A DNA stretch of 64,000 nt from the human T2T-CHM13v2.0 reference genome, Homo sapiens. The stretch lies in NCBI RefSeq assembly GCF_009914755.1, contig NC_060932.1. The stretch is one strand, 5' to 3'. Positions 1-14,270 of the stretch are shown here, in pieces. Numbering within the stretch: the stretch's first letter is position 1; every line of letters begins with the position of its first letter. The translations under genes and the position numbers were made by a program. Under the pieces are notes generated by a model. The model was given only the letters and a program-made list of their open reading frames with translations, did not search any database and was not told the DNA's origin.

Positions 1-2140
1 CACTTTGAATAGTTAAAAATGTCTATTTGCTTTTACTTAATTTAGTGCAGTTATGTAATGTGTATGCTTATGTTTTCTCTTGACAAACGCAGAAACTCTG
101 TAGTCCATTGTAGAGGAGCTCAGTTTAAAATAAAAGCTGAAACATTCTGTGTGATAAGTGAACATTCTATTTTCTGAGAACAAGTTATCCACAATTAAGT
201 CACCTTAGCATTTGTGCAGTGTTACTATTTAAAAATACTGCCTTCATTGGAAAAGTGATCCAATGAATACTCAATGAATAAATAGAAGTATTTGACAGGA
301 CAAAATTAAGAATGAACACCCCCACCCCTTAATTTGGTTGATTGTGAAAATGATGCAAAGCTGCTGATAAACACAGAGATTCCAGAACTTATGCTGGGCA
401 GAGAAAGGATGCTAAACTTCTATCATACCATCAAAAGCCTCATTTCTTAAATATTTGAGCAGCTATGTGGAGGGGGAGAAGGGAAGAGAAATTGCTTCAA
501 TTATTAGTATACACATTGCTATCAGCAATATGCATAGACATAGCACAAATATGCAAGGTGGAGAATCTCACCTGAAAAACTCACGAACTTATTATAAACC
601 CTTCTTTCCTCAGCAACATGCTGGGAAAACAACAGCAAGACAAAAAAACAGTAAACTCTCCTTGGATATTAATCATCTATGCTTATGCACATTAAGAAAG
701 AGATCAGAGAATTCTGCCCATAATGGTCTTTTATTAGCACAGCTTTGGGTCTGGCACTTCGGCCCCCATTTTACATACAAAGAAAGTGAGATACAAGGAA
801 GTGGATCAATTTAGCCAGGCCCACAAAGATCAGTGAAGACCAATCAGAGCCACCCAGTTCCCATTCTATTCTAGGAATTGTGTCATCTTGTTTCAGCAGA
901 GATGGAATTCGTTGCAATGTGTAATTTGGAAATATTAGACTAGAAAACAATGATGTCTTTTAAATATTTAGTAGATTAAGCAAGCTGTATCTACCATTAG
1001 CTCATACGAGATAAAGGGAGGGTAAGATTTAATATTATAAAACTTCAATCTTAATTCAGAGACTTACAAAGTGTATGGGATTGTTGAAAGTTATATGAGA
1101 ATAAAAATTCCTAACAGAGCTGTCACACAAAGGCACCATGTGCATAGCAGCCTCCACGCTTTATGTACGTGGAACTGTGCCCCAGAGGGACTATTCATAT
1201 AGGAGACAATGCTAATGATGGCTGTACTCTGTAGAATGGAGCTTTGCAATGGATGATGCTGTCCTTGAATTTAGGGCAAGGGAAATGTATTTGTTTATAC
1301 CATATCTCATAAGGTTACATTGGTGACATCATGTTAAATAAAAATAAAAGATGGAAAAAGGGAAGGAAATTTAAAATGATATTGCTCAGAAACTGTCAGA
1401 ATGCATGAACTGCATGCTTCCCACAGTCCAGAAGATTTCTCTTGGGCCTGGGGGGCAATAGTGCACACAGACCTGATGCTCTGTTGGGCCAAGACCCAGG
1501 GAGCGGCTCACCATCTTCCTGTAAAATCTGGATCTTCTCATATTGTTCGACCAGAAGGTTAACTCACCCCCATTCTGAGGTAACCCAAGGGCCAGAGTCA
1601 CAACTGCAATAACCAGGCCACCGTTTACCACGGAAAGAGTGGGTGTTTGCATAGTCAAAAATGTGGGAGAAATTGCCAGAGTTCCCAAAGGTGAGGGGCA
1701 AATCATTTGTGAATGCTAAATAGTAACAACAAAACGGACATCTTAAATGATTCATCCATTTGCCAAAGAAGCTTCTTCCTTTAGGCAGTGATGAATGATC
1801 TGGTAGAGGAAGAAAGACCAGCCCTATACAGTAACTGTGGTGTGAATGCAGCAATCAAACCTGAAAAGATGTAAATATTTACACCTGCAAAAGTACCAAG
1901 TGAATTATCCACATTTTCCTACATAATACTATTTTGATTCCTTTAACTCCTCTCTTCCAATAAAAATACCACTCTTCATTGCTACATTCTATTTATTCTC
2001 TTTACAGAGGAGTTCCAGGGGTCTTAGTTAAAAGGGAGTTACATAATTCCTTAAAAAAACTGCATCTTGGATTTATCATGACAATTTATTATTATGGTTA
2101 AAGATTATACTAAACCTTTAAACACATTTATTTAAAATGA

Positions 2141-2514
<374 letters not shown>

Positions 2515-2679
2515 TCTTGTGACTTTTATACTTCCAGTTGAAAGGAAGAATGCATCTATATAACTTTTCTATTGAATCTTTCAAGTGATAATGAAAACAA
2601 TAATCCACATAATTTTTTGAACTTTCATTTAATAATGTTGAGCTCAATTTGTGTTTAAATTTTATGTTCAAAATTGTTT

Positions 2680-2805
2680 TATTTATTTAAACAATGAGGT
2701 CTCACTATGTTGCCCAGGCTGGAGTTGAACTCTTAGGCTCGTGTGATCCTCCCACCTCAGCCTTTTGAGTAATTAAGACTACTGGTAAGTGCCACCTCGC
2801 CTGGC
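2680..2805 (-). mobile_element. Alu monomer (FLAM/AluJ-like)
   Basis: gtctcactatgttgcccaggctgg...gtgccacctcgcctggc. Confidence 0.7.
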
Positions 2806-2869
2806 TTGAGATAGTTTAATTTTTATCAAAGTAATACTTAATTTTAAATTAAATTTGAAAACAGCCAAA

Positions 2870-3985
<1,116 letters not shown>

Positions 3986-5875
3986 AAATTTCTACAACTT
4001 TTGATTGTAGCAGAAGATTTATTAAAAGCATCAAGTTTCCACCCAGTCCCAACTGGCCATAGTCCCTCCCAGCCACATTAACTGTTGATTCTGGGATTTA
4101 CCTCCTTATTACTGAATTATAGGTTTATACCTCAATGTTTTACTTGCTTAATTTTAGACATGATAGTGAAGATTTTGGGGGTGGGGTTGTTGACACTTTT
4201 GAAAGCCAGTTGTGTTCAGGGGGTCTCTCCACTTATTCTGTTTTCAGACTTTTAATTTGTCTCCCTATTTTTTGTTCCTGTACTTAGTTCCTGTCTTTTT
4301 GCAGCACCTGGTTCCCTGCAACACATCTCTGGGACCAATTTCTCCAGGCTGTGAAACTCCAGTCTCCAGCAGAGATGGGGAGCAAGCGTCTCCTGGCTAC
4401 AGCGGCCAGGCTGGGGAGCCTACCCATTCTTCACATAGCTTTCCTTCAGCCTCCCTGTTTGTGGCCCTGCAGCTCACCTCCAACTTCCATGGGCACGATG
4501 GTCTCTCTGAGTGGCTTTGGAAGCAAATTAGGTTGGATAAAAAGTTGGTGTGTCCTGCTGTAGACATTTCTGCATTCTGTTGCTTACAAGTGCTCCTTCT
4601 GCTGACCAGCCTATCAAAAGCCATTGATATCTCTCACCCTTGTTATCGCTTATCTAGCTCTTTGTCCATTTAAAAAATTTCTTTCCTGTTCTTATAGTAG
4701 GGTTTTCATAGAAAATAACAGTAAATAAATACTGTGTAAATGCCATCATTTTAAACTGAAGTGTGTGTGTGTGTATATATATAACAGGTTTGATGAAATT
4801 TTAGAGAACTTTCTTCCTGGCTTAGAAGAACTCAGTAAGAAATGAGTTACTTGGAAGAAGCTTAGTCTACAAATGTCAAGAAATGTCTTGGAATGAAATG
4901 ATAAATTCAAGCAATCTAAAATATTAGGTTTCCCTGACAACCAGCATTCTGATATTTGGAGATACCCACATGTATCTGTCAAGAAAGCATAGCCCACTCG
5001 CCACAGAACCTCTGTGTAGTTCAGCATCACCCCCAGGCCAGGCCCAGCACACACAGCGGCAGTCATCATCCACATAGGCCAAGCTGTCTTTGAGACCTGT
5101 TAATTAGATCAGCTTCTCCAGGTGGCATCGGGGCATCAGCCTTTCCAAAGCTCCCAACCCGGACCCCAAAATGAGATATGGAACAAAGCCACTCAGATGA
5201 CATGCAGCTCTGAGAGAGTGAGAATCAAAGCTTGCCACTGCATGCCTCTGAGTTATGTGGCCCTATTGTGGTAAAAGCTGAGACACTGATGTGATTTTAT
5301 TTTCTCACCCATCAGTAATGATCAGTGATTCTGGGCTTGCTTTTAACCGCTCTCTTTCAGAAGCTTGTACTTTTGCTTGCCTGATTATGAAGTTATGATA
5401 ATAAGTGAATATCATTTGAGTAACAAATAACAAATAGTATCTAAAATATTAAAATATTGATTGTTTAGGCTTTCCAGGGCACATGCTTCTCTTGATTGTA
5501 GTGTTTTATTTTAAAAAAAAAAAATCGTACAAGAATTCTTTCTTTGGCCTGCTGGTGTGTATCAAAAACTCTGTTTTTTTCCTTGCCATTAATATATTGA
5601 AATATAAATAATCTCCCAAAATAAACATTTTCTCTGTGAGTAATAATTTATGCCCTGTAAGTAAAAAAGAAAACTAGTTAAATTAATTCTATTTGTTATT
5701 CTCAGTAGGGGGAGCAAAACGGATAAAATAAATCTGCAAGAGTTATTGTATTTTCTATTTAAGGTGTTGGTAAAAAGTGGACTTGCTGCCACCTTAAGGA
5801 TGACTGGTGCAGAAAAATCGAGCTTCGCAGTTGCAGCCATGCTAGTTTTTTAAATAATAATGATAATAATCTTGA

Positions 5876-6321
<446 letters not shown>

Positions 6322-6654
6322 TGACTGTAATGGGATCTTTATACATGTGTTTTAGCTTGTTTTTAAAATCATTTCCTTAGGGTATGCCTAGATGTGGAAT
6401 TATTCTTTCACTTTCTCACAGTGAAGACTCTAAACCCCACATCCCCCTCCACCCTTTCGTCATATGAAAGAGATGTCTCTCCAACCAAACATCAACTGCA
6501 TTCAGTGGCTCTTGATTCCTTTTGTTCTCACCTTCTCAAGGGCTTCTTTCTTTTGGCTCCCTCTTCTCTTCTAAATTATACACATCCACATACTGCATAA
6601 TATTTATTAGCATTTGTAGGAGATCAAAATATACCACTCCAAAATATGCTACTT

Positions 6655-6970
6655 GTATTATTTTATTATTTTTTATTTATTTATTTTTTTGAGATGGAGT
6701 CTTGCTTTGTCGCCCAGGCTGGAGTGCAGTGGTGTGGTCTCAGTTCACTACAACCTCTGCCTCCCCAGTTCAAACAATTCTCCTATCTCAGCCCCCAAGT
6801 AGCTGGGATTACAGGCAGGCGCCACCATAACCAGCTAATTTTTGTATTTTTAGTAGAGACAGAATTTCACCATATTGGCCAAGCTGGTCTTGAACTCCTG
6901 ACCTCAAGTGATCTGCTGCCTTGGCTTCCCAAAGTGCTGGGATTACAGGTGTGAGCCACTGCGCCTGGCC
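6655..6970 (-). mobile_element. AluS-like SINE
   Basis: Alu dimer; TSD caaaatatgctactt. Confidence 0.9.
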
Positions 6971-7054
6971 TCAAAATATGCTACTTTGGCATGAGGATTA
7001 TTTTGAGCTGAAGACAATTGAGAAACATTGGATACCAATTCAAAAAAGCTCTCT

Positions 7055-7362
<308 letters not shown>

Positions 7363-8133
7363 ACAACTCTCTGCCTCCCCTCCCATTTGCTTAAAAGCAG
7401 GCTGTCTCTTAATCACCGGAGACAACAGTAGACTCGTAGCCCAGAAATGGCACCAAGAGGAATCTGCACAGCAAACCTTGCTTAAACAAGTCATTTCTTC
7501 CATTAGTTTCCCTCTTATATTACTTTCCCACAGTTTGCTGCCCCTAAAAGCCTAAACCCATTTTTTAAATCTTGTCACTTCTCTGTAAGTTTATTGTTCT
7601 TTGTTGAGATGGTATGTAAGCCCAAGTTCTAATCACCCTTCAGTTACTCTTTACTGAGTTTCTCCACATGTATGCATGCTGCACGTGTTAATAAACTCTA
7701 TTTTTCTCTTGTTAATCTGTTTTCTGTTGGTTTAATTTCCAGGGCCACATTCAGATAACCTAGGAGGGTAAAAGAAAAGTGCCCCCTCCCTAAACATTCA
7801 AACACTCTAATATATTCAACTTCATTAAAAAGAACTCCTTAAACTCTTCTCTGCAGATGAAGCCAGCTAATAAATGTGGAAACAAATGAAAGAATTTGAA
7901 AAATCACCATTTCGCAGTTAGAATATCAACCACATTGTAATAATTGATTTAAGGAAGGTTTATCAATGGATACAAAACTATTGGGTGGAAGGTTTACTGG
8001 GAGCAAGGATATTTGCATGGTGCCAAGATAGCACGCCAAAGATCACTTGCTAATTGCAAGGGTAAAAGATATACCTTTATAAAATAGAAATCTGGTTGGA
8101 TTACCAAATAATCCAATGTAATGTGACTAATGA

Positions 8134-9847
8134 TGTGTCCGGAATTGGTGAGTTATTGGTCTCACTGACTTCAAGAATGAAGCCGCGGACCCTCGCGGTG
8201 AGTGCTACAGCTCTTAAGGTGGCGCGTCTGGAGTCTGTCCCTTCTGATGTTCAGATGTGTTCGGAGTTTCTTCCTTCTGGTGGGTTCATGGTCTCCCTGG
8301 CTCAGGAGTGAAGCTGCAGACCTTCGCGGTGAGTGTTACAGCTCTTAAGGCAGTGTGTCTGGAGTTGTTCGTTCCTCCCGGTGGGATTGTGTTCTCGCTG
8401 GGCTCAGGAGTGAAGCTGCTGATCTTCGCGGTGAGTGTTACAGCTCATAAAAGCAGCGTGGACCCAAAGAGTGAGCAGTAGCAAGATTTATTGCAAAGAG
8501 CGAAAGAACAAAGCTTCCACAGTGTGGAAGGGGACCCGAGCGGGTTGCCACTGCTGGCTCTGGGCAGCCTGCTTTTATTCTCTTATCTGGCCCCACCCAC
8601 ATCCTGCTGATTGGTAGAGCCGAGTGGCCTGTTTTGTCAGGGCGCTGATTGGTGCATTTACAATCCCAGAGCTAGATACAAAGGTTCTCCATGTTCCCAT
8701 CAGATTAGTTAGATACAGAGTTTCGACACACAGGTTCTCCAAGGCCCCACCAGAGCAGCTAGATACAGAGTGTCGATTGGTGCATTCACAAACCTTGAGC
8801 TAAACACAGGGTGCTGATTGGTGTGTTTACAAACCTTGAGCTAGATACAGAGTGCCGATTGGTGTATTTACAATCCTTGAGCTAGACATAAAGGTTCTTC
8901 AAGGCCCCACCAGAGCAGCTAGATACAGAGTGTCGATTGGTGCACTCACAAACCTTGAGCTAAACACAGGGTGCTGATTGGTGTATTTACAAACCTTGAG
9001 CTAGATACAGAGTGCCGATTGGTGTATTTACAATCCCTGAGCTAGACATAAAGGTTTTCCATGTCCTCACCCGAGCAGCTAGATACAGAGTGTCGACTGG
9101 TGCACTCACAAACCTTGAGCTAAACACAGGGTGCTGATTGGTGTATTTACAATCCCTGAGCTAGATATAAAGACTCTCCACGTCCCCACCAGACTCAGGA
9201 GCCCAGCTGGCTTCACCTAGTGGATCCCGCACCAGGGCTGCAGGTGGAGCTGCCTGCCAGTCCCGCACTGTGCACTCGCATTCCTCAGCCCTTGGGTGGT
9301 CAATGGGACTGGGCGCCATGGAGCAGGGGGTGGTGCTCCTTGGGGAGGCTTGGGCCACACAGGAGCCCATGGCGTGGGTGGAAGGCTCAGGCATGGCAGG
9401 CTGCAGGTCCCGAGCCCTGCCCCGCAGGAAGGCAGCTAAGGCTCAGTGAGAAATTGAGCACAGCGCCGGTGGGCTGGCACTGCTGGGGGACCCAGTACAA
9501 CCTCCGCAGACACTGGCCCATGTGCTAAGTCCCTCATTGCCCGGGGCCAGCAGGGCTGGCTGGCTGCTCCGAGTGCGGGGCCTGCCAAGCCCATGCCCAC
9601 CCAGAACTCCAGCTGGCCCGCAAGTGCCGCACCCAGCCCCAGTTCCCACTCACACCTCTCCCTCCACACCTCCCTGCAAGCTGAGAGAGTGGGCTCCAGC
9701 CTTGGCCAGCCCAGAAAAGGGCTCCCACAGTGCAGTGGGGGGGGGGCTGAAGGGCTCCTCAAATGCCACCAAAGTGGGAGCGCAGCCAGGGGAGGTGCCG
9801 AGAGCAAGCAAGGGCTCTGAGGACTGCCAGCATGCTGTCACCTCTGA
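8134..9847 (-). mobile_element. Solo LTR12C (ERV9 LTR)
   Basis: Reverse complement of LTR12 termini; 4-bp TSD atga at 8130-8133 and 9848-9851; GC-rich U3; CCAAT repeat array. Confidence 0.95.
8640..9185 (-). promoter_or_regulatory. ERV9 U3 enhancer repeat array (~41-bp CCAAT/GATA units in 160-bp higher-order repeats)
   Basis: Repeated gattggtg and agataca motifs; blocks start at 8743, 8903 and 9063; these are known NF-Y/GATA sites in ERV9 LTRs. Confidence 0.8.
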
Positions 9848-10063
9848 ATGACAAGACAACCTGGGATTATGTGCCATCTGGTACCATGCAATATAACATA
9901 TATGGTACCACATATGGAATGTTCTTGCCCAAGATATTTAACTGTAACCTAATCAAATATTTGACTAATTTCTGGTTAACAGGGAAAATCTGGGGATATA
10001 AGAATAAGAAAAAAATGCGGAAACAATAAACACAAATCTAGAATGTGAGCAATTCCATAAGAC

Positions 10064-11545
10064 TGAGAGGTGACAGCGTGTTGGCAGCCCTCGCTCGCTC
10101 TTGGAGCCTCCTTGGCTTCGGCGCCCACTCTGGCCCAGCTTGAGGAGCCCTTCAGCCTGCCGCTGCACTGTGGGAGCCCCTCTCTGGGCTGGCCGAGGCT
10201 GGAGCTGGCTTCCTCTGCTTGTGGGGAGGTGTGGAGGGAAAGGCGTGGGTGGTAACTGGGGCTGTGCGCCGTGCTTGTGGGCCAGCACGAGTTCCGGGTG
10301 GGCGTGGGCTTGGCAGGCCCTGCACTCGGAGCGGCCGGCCAGTGCCGACAGCCCCTGGCAGTGATGGGCTTAACACCTGGGCCAGCTGCTGCGGAGGGTG
10401 CACCAGGTCCCCCAGCAGTGCCGGCCTGCTGCGCTGCACTTGAATTGTTGCAGGGCCTCAGCTGCCTTCCCACAGGGTTGGGCTCGGGACCTGCAGCCCG
10501 CCATGCCCGAGCCTCCCCTCTTCTGTGGGCTCCTGAGTGGCTGAGCCTCGCCGAAGAGCACCGCCACCTGCTCCACGGCGCCTGGTCCCATCAACCGCCC
10601 AAGGGCTGAGGTGTGCAGGCGCACGGCGTGGGACTGGCAGGCAGCTCCGCCTGCGGCCCTGGTGCAGGGATCCACTAAGTGAAGCCAGCTGGGCTCCTGA
10701 GTCTAGTGGGGACTTGGAGAACCTCTATGTCTAGCTAAGGGATTGTAAATACACCAATCAGCACTCTGTGTCTAGCTCAAGGTTTGTAAATGCACCAATC
10801 AGCACTCTGTATCTAGCTAATCTGGTGGGGACTTAGAGAACCTTTATGTCTAGCTAAGAGATTGTAAATACACCAATCAGCACTCTATGTCTAGCTCAAG
10901 GTTTGTAAATGCACCAATCAGTGCTCTGTGTCTAGCTAATCTAGTGGGGACTTGGTGAACTTTTGTGTCTAGCTCAGGGATTATAAACACACCAATCAGC
11001 ACCCTGTTAAAACAGACTAATCATCTCTTGGTAAAATGGACCAATCAGCAGGATGTGGGTGGGGCCAGATAAGGGAATAAAAGCAGGCTGCCTGAGCCAG
11101 CAGTGGCAACCCGTTTGGGTCCCCTTCCACACTGTGGAAGTTTTGTTCTTTTGCTCTTAGCAATAAATCTTGCTGCTCCTCCCTCTTTGGGTCTGCACTG
11201 CCTTTATGAGCTGTTACACTCACCGTGAAGGTCTGCAGCTTCACTCTTGAGGCCAGCAAGACCATGAGCCCACCAGAAGGAATAAACAACTCTGGATGGG
11301 AGGAATGAACAACTCCAGACATGCCACCTTAAGAGTTGTAACACTCACCGTGCAGGTCTGCAGCTTCACTCCTGAAGCCAGCGAGACCACAAACCCACCA
11401 GAAGGAAGAAACTCCGAACATGCCCAAACATCAGAAGGAACAAACTCCAGACACACCATCTTTAAGAACTGTAACACTCACTGTGAGGTTCTGTGGCTTC
11501 ATTCTTAAAGTCAGTGAGACCAAGAACCCACCAATTTCAGACACA
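10064..11545 (+). mobile_element. HERV9 5' LTR (LTR12), 1482 bp
   Basis: tgagaggtgacagc...ccaatttcagacaca. Confidence 0.95.
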
Positions 11546-11548
11546 TTT

Positions 11549-11566
11549 TGGGGACCACGAAGGGAC
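11549..11566 (+). promoter_or_regulatory. Primer binding site (tRNA-Arg type)
   Basis: tggggaccacgaagggac immediately after the 5' LTR, followed by short leader repeats (~11570-11665). Confidence 0.75.
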
Positions 11567-12829
11567 CATCGCCTATTGCCAAACAGTGAGACTATCACCA
11601 AGTGGTGAGACCACTGCCTATCACTGAGTGGTGAGACTGTCACCTATTGCCAAGCAGTGAGTACCATCGGACCCCTTTCACTTGCTATTCTGTCCTAGTT
11701 TTCCTTAGAATTTGGGGGCTAAATACCGGGCACCTGTAGGCTAGTTAAAAGTGATGAGCTTGGCCACTGGACCTAAAACATGGGTGTCAGGCTTTCTGGG
11801 AAAGGGCTCTCTAACAACCCCCGACTCTTCGGAGTTGGGAGTGTTCGTTTGCCTAGAACCAGCTTCTGCTTTTCCTGTGCTTCTGGGCTGAGCCGAGGGT
11901 CGACAGAGAGGAAAGCCATGCAGCTCCGGGGTCCCGACAACAAGTTGGTTGACCCTGCGGCCATGAGCAGAACTCTCAAAGGCATGTCGCCCAAGTGAGA
12001 CTCACCCATCTATCCTATCTATCCTGACCCTTGCCCCTTGGGTCCTAGTGCCTGCCAGACAAGCTTCGTCCGCCTCTCTTCTCCAAAGTTAGTCGCACTT
12101 CTAAAAATTTCTCCCTGTCTCTGGTGCTTTTCTAGTGTCTCCTATAAGAATGACTTCTAGTATAAACTCCAAAACTCTGTTATCTTCTTTAGGCACCCTG
12201 GCTCACCAATCAGAAAGACATAATTTTTGCCCAAAGCCCCATCATAGGGGGTACTACCTGGAATTTTAGGATCCCTCCTCAGATTAACAGTCCTAACAAA
12301 AGCTATTCCTGAAGCTAGGATATGGGGAGCCTCAGAAATTGTATCCTTCCTATTCATATAAGTGAGGAAAAAAGGAGTAACTATTCCAACCCTGGAGATC
12401 TCTTCCCTCCCTCAGGGTATGGCCCTCCACTTCATTTTTGGGGCATAACATCTTTATAGGACAAAGGTAAAGTCCCATTACTAACAGGAAAATGCTTAGG
12501 ACTCTAACAGGTTTTTGAGAATGCGTTAGTAAGGGCCACTAAATCCGATTTTTCTTGGTCCTCCATGTGGTATAGGAGGACAGGCAAGGGTGCAGGTTTT
12601 CAAGAATGTGTCAGAAAGGGCCACTAAATCAGACTTTCCTCGGTCCTCCATGTGGTCTGGGAGGAAAACTAGTGTTTCTGCTGCTGTGTTGGTGAGCACA
12701 ACTATTCTGATCAGCAGGGTGCAGGGACTGTTGCGGGTTCTTGGGCAGGAGGAGAAACAAAACAAAACAAAACTGCAGGCGGTTTTTTCTTTCAGATGTG
12801 AAGCACTCAGGCATCAACAGGCTCACTCT

Positions 12830-14270
12830 TGAAATGCATCCTAAGCCATGGGGACCAATTTGACCCACAAACCCTGAAAAAGAGGCGGCTCATTTTTTTT
12901 CTGCACTACGGCTCGGCCCCAATATTCTCTCTCTGATGGGGAAAAAAGGCCACCTGAGGGAGGTATAAATTACAATACTAATCTGCAGCTTGGCCTTTTC
13001 TGTAAGAGGGAAGGCAAGTGGAGTGAAATACCTTATGTCCAAGCTTTCTTTTCATTGAGGGAGAATACACAACTATGCAAAGCTTGCAATTTACATCCCA
13101 CAGGAGGACCTCTCAGCTTACCCCCATATCCTAGCCTCCCTATAACTCCCCTTCCTATTAATAATAATCCTCCTCTAATCTCCCCTGCCCAGAAGGAAAT
13201 AAGCAAAGAAATCTCCAAAGGACCACAACTCCCCCATCGGGCCATCAGTTATGTCCCCTTCAAGCTGTAGGGGGAGGGGAATTTGGTGCAACCTGGGTAC
13301 CTGTCCCCTTCTCCCTCTCTGACTTAAAGCAGATCAAGGCAGACCTGGGGAAGTTTTCAGATGATCCTGATAGGTACATAGATGTCCTACAGGGTCTAGG
13401 GCAAACCTTTGCCCTCGCTTGGAGAGATGTCATGCTACTGTTAGATCAAACCCTGGCCTTTAATGAAAAGAATGTGGTTTTGGCTGCAGCCTGAGAGTTT
13501 GGAGATACCTGGTATCTTAGTCAAGTAAATTATAGAATGACAGTCAAACAAAAGGGAAAAATTCCCTACCAGTCAGCAAGTCATCCCCAGTATGGATCCC
13601 CACTGGGACCTCGACTCAGATCATGGGGACTGGAGTCATAAACATCTGTTGACCTGTGTTCTAGAAGGACTAAAGAGAATTAGGAAAAAGCCCATGAATT
13701 ATTCAATGATGTCCACCATAACTCAGGGAAAGGAAGAAAATCCTTCTGTCTTCCTTGAGCGGCTATGGGAGGCCTTAAGAAAATATATTCCCCTGTCACC
13801 TGAATCATTTGAGGGTCAATTGATTCTAAAAGATAAATTTATTACCCAATCAGCCCCAGGTGCAGATATCAGGAGAAAGTTCCAAAAGTAAGCCCTGGGC
13901 CCTGAAAAAAATCTGGAGGCATTTTAAAACCTGGCAACCTTGGTGTTCTATAATAGGGACCAAGAGAAATAGGCCCAAAAGGAAAAACAAGATCAGAGAA
14001 AGGCCACAGCCTTGGTCATGGCCCTCAGACAAACAAACCTTGGTGGTTCAGGGAGGACAGAAAATGGAGCAGGCCAATCACCTGGTAGGGCTTGTTATCA
14101 GTGTGGTTTACTAGGACACCTTAAAAAAGATTGTCCAATGAGAAACAAGCTGCCCCCCTCGTCCATGTCCACTATGCTGAGGCAATCACTGGAAGGTGCG
14201 CTGCCCCAGAGGATGAGGGTTCTCTGGGTCAGAAGTCCCCAACCAGATGATCCAACAACAGGACTGAGGG
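12830..14270 (+). pseudogene. gag: HERV9 gag (stops and frameshifts)
   Basis: MHR-like ITQGKEENPSVFLERL and zinc knuckle CYQCGLLGHLKKDC. Confidence 0.9.

Noticed and set aside
455-1854. ORFs of 96-119 aa near the window start
   Set aside because: Non-ATG starts, no recognisable homology, and partial overlap with a MIR-like fragment.
8640-9185. Regularly spaced repeats that superficially resemble a CRISPR array
   Set aside because: No unique spacers; this is the ERV9 U3 tandem enhancer repeat in primate DNA.
9161-10734. Dense overlapping ORFs (also 17561-18180 and 26083-26827)
   Set aside because: GC-rich LTR12 U3 sequence is poor in stop codons; these are not genes.
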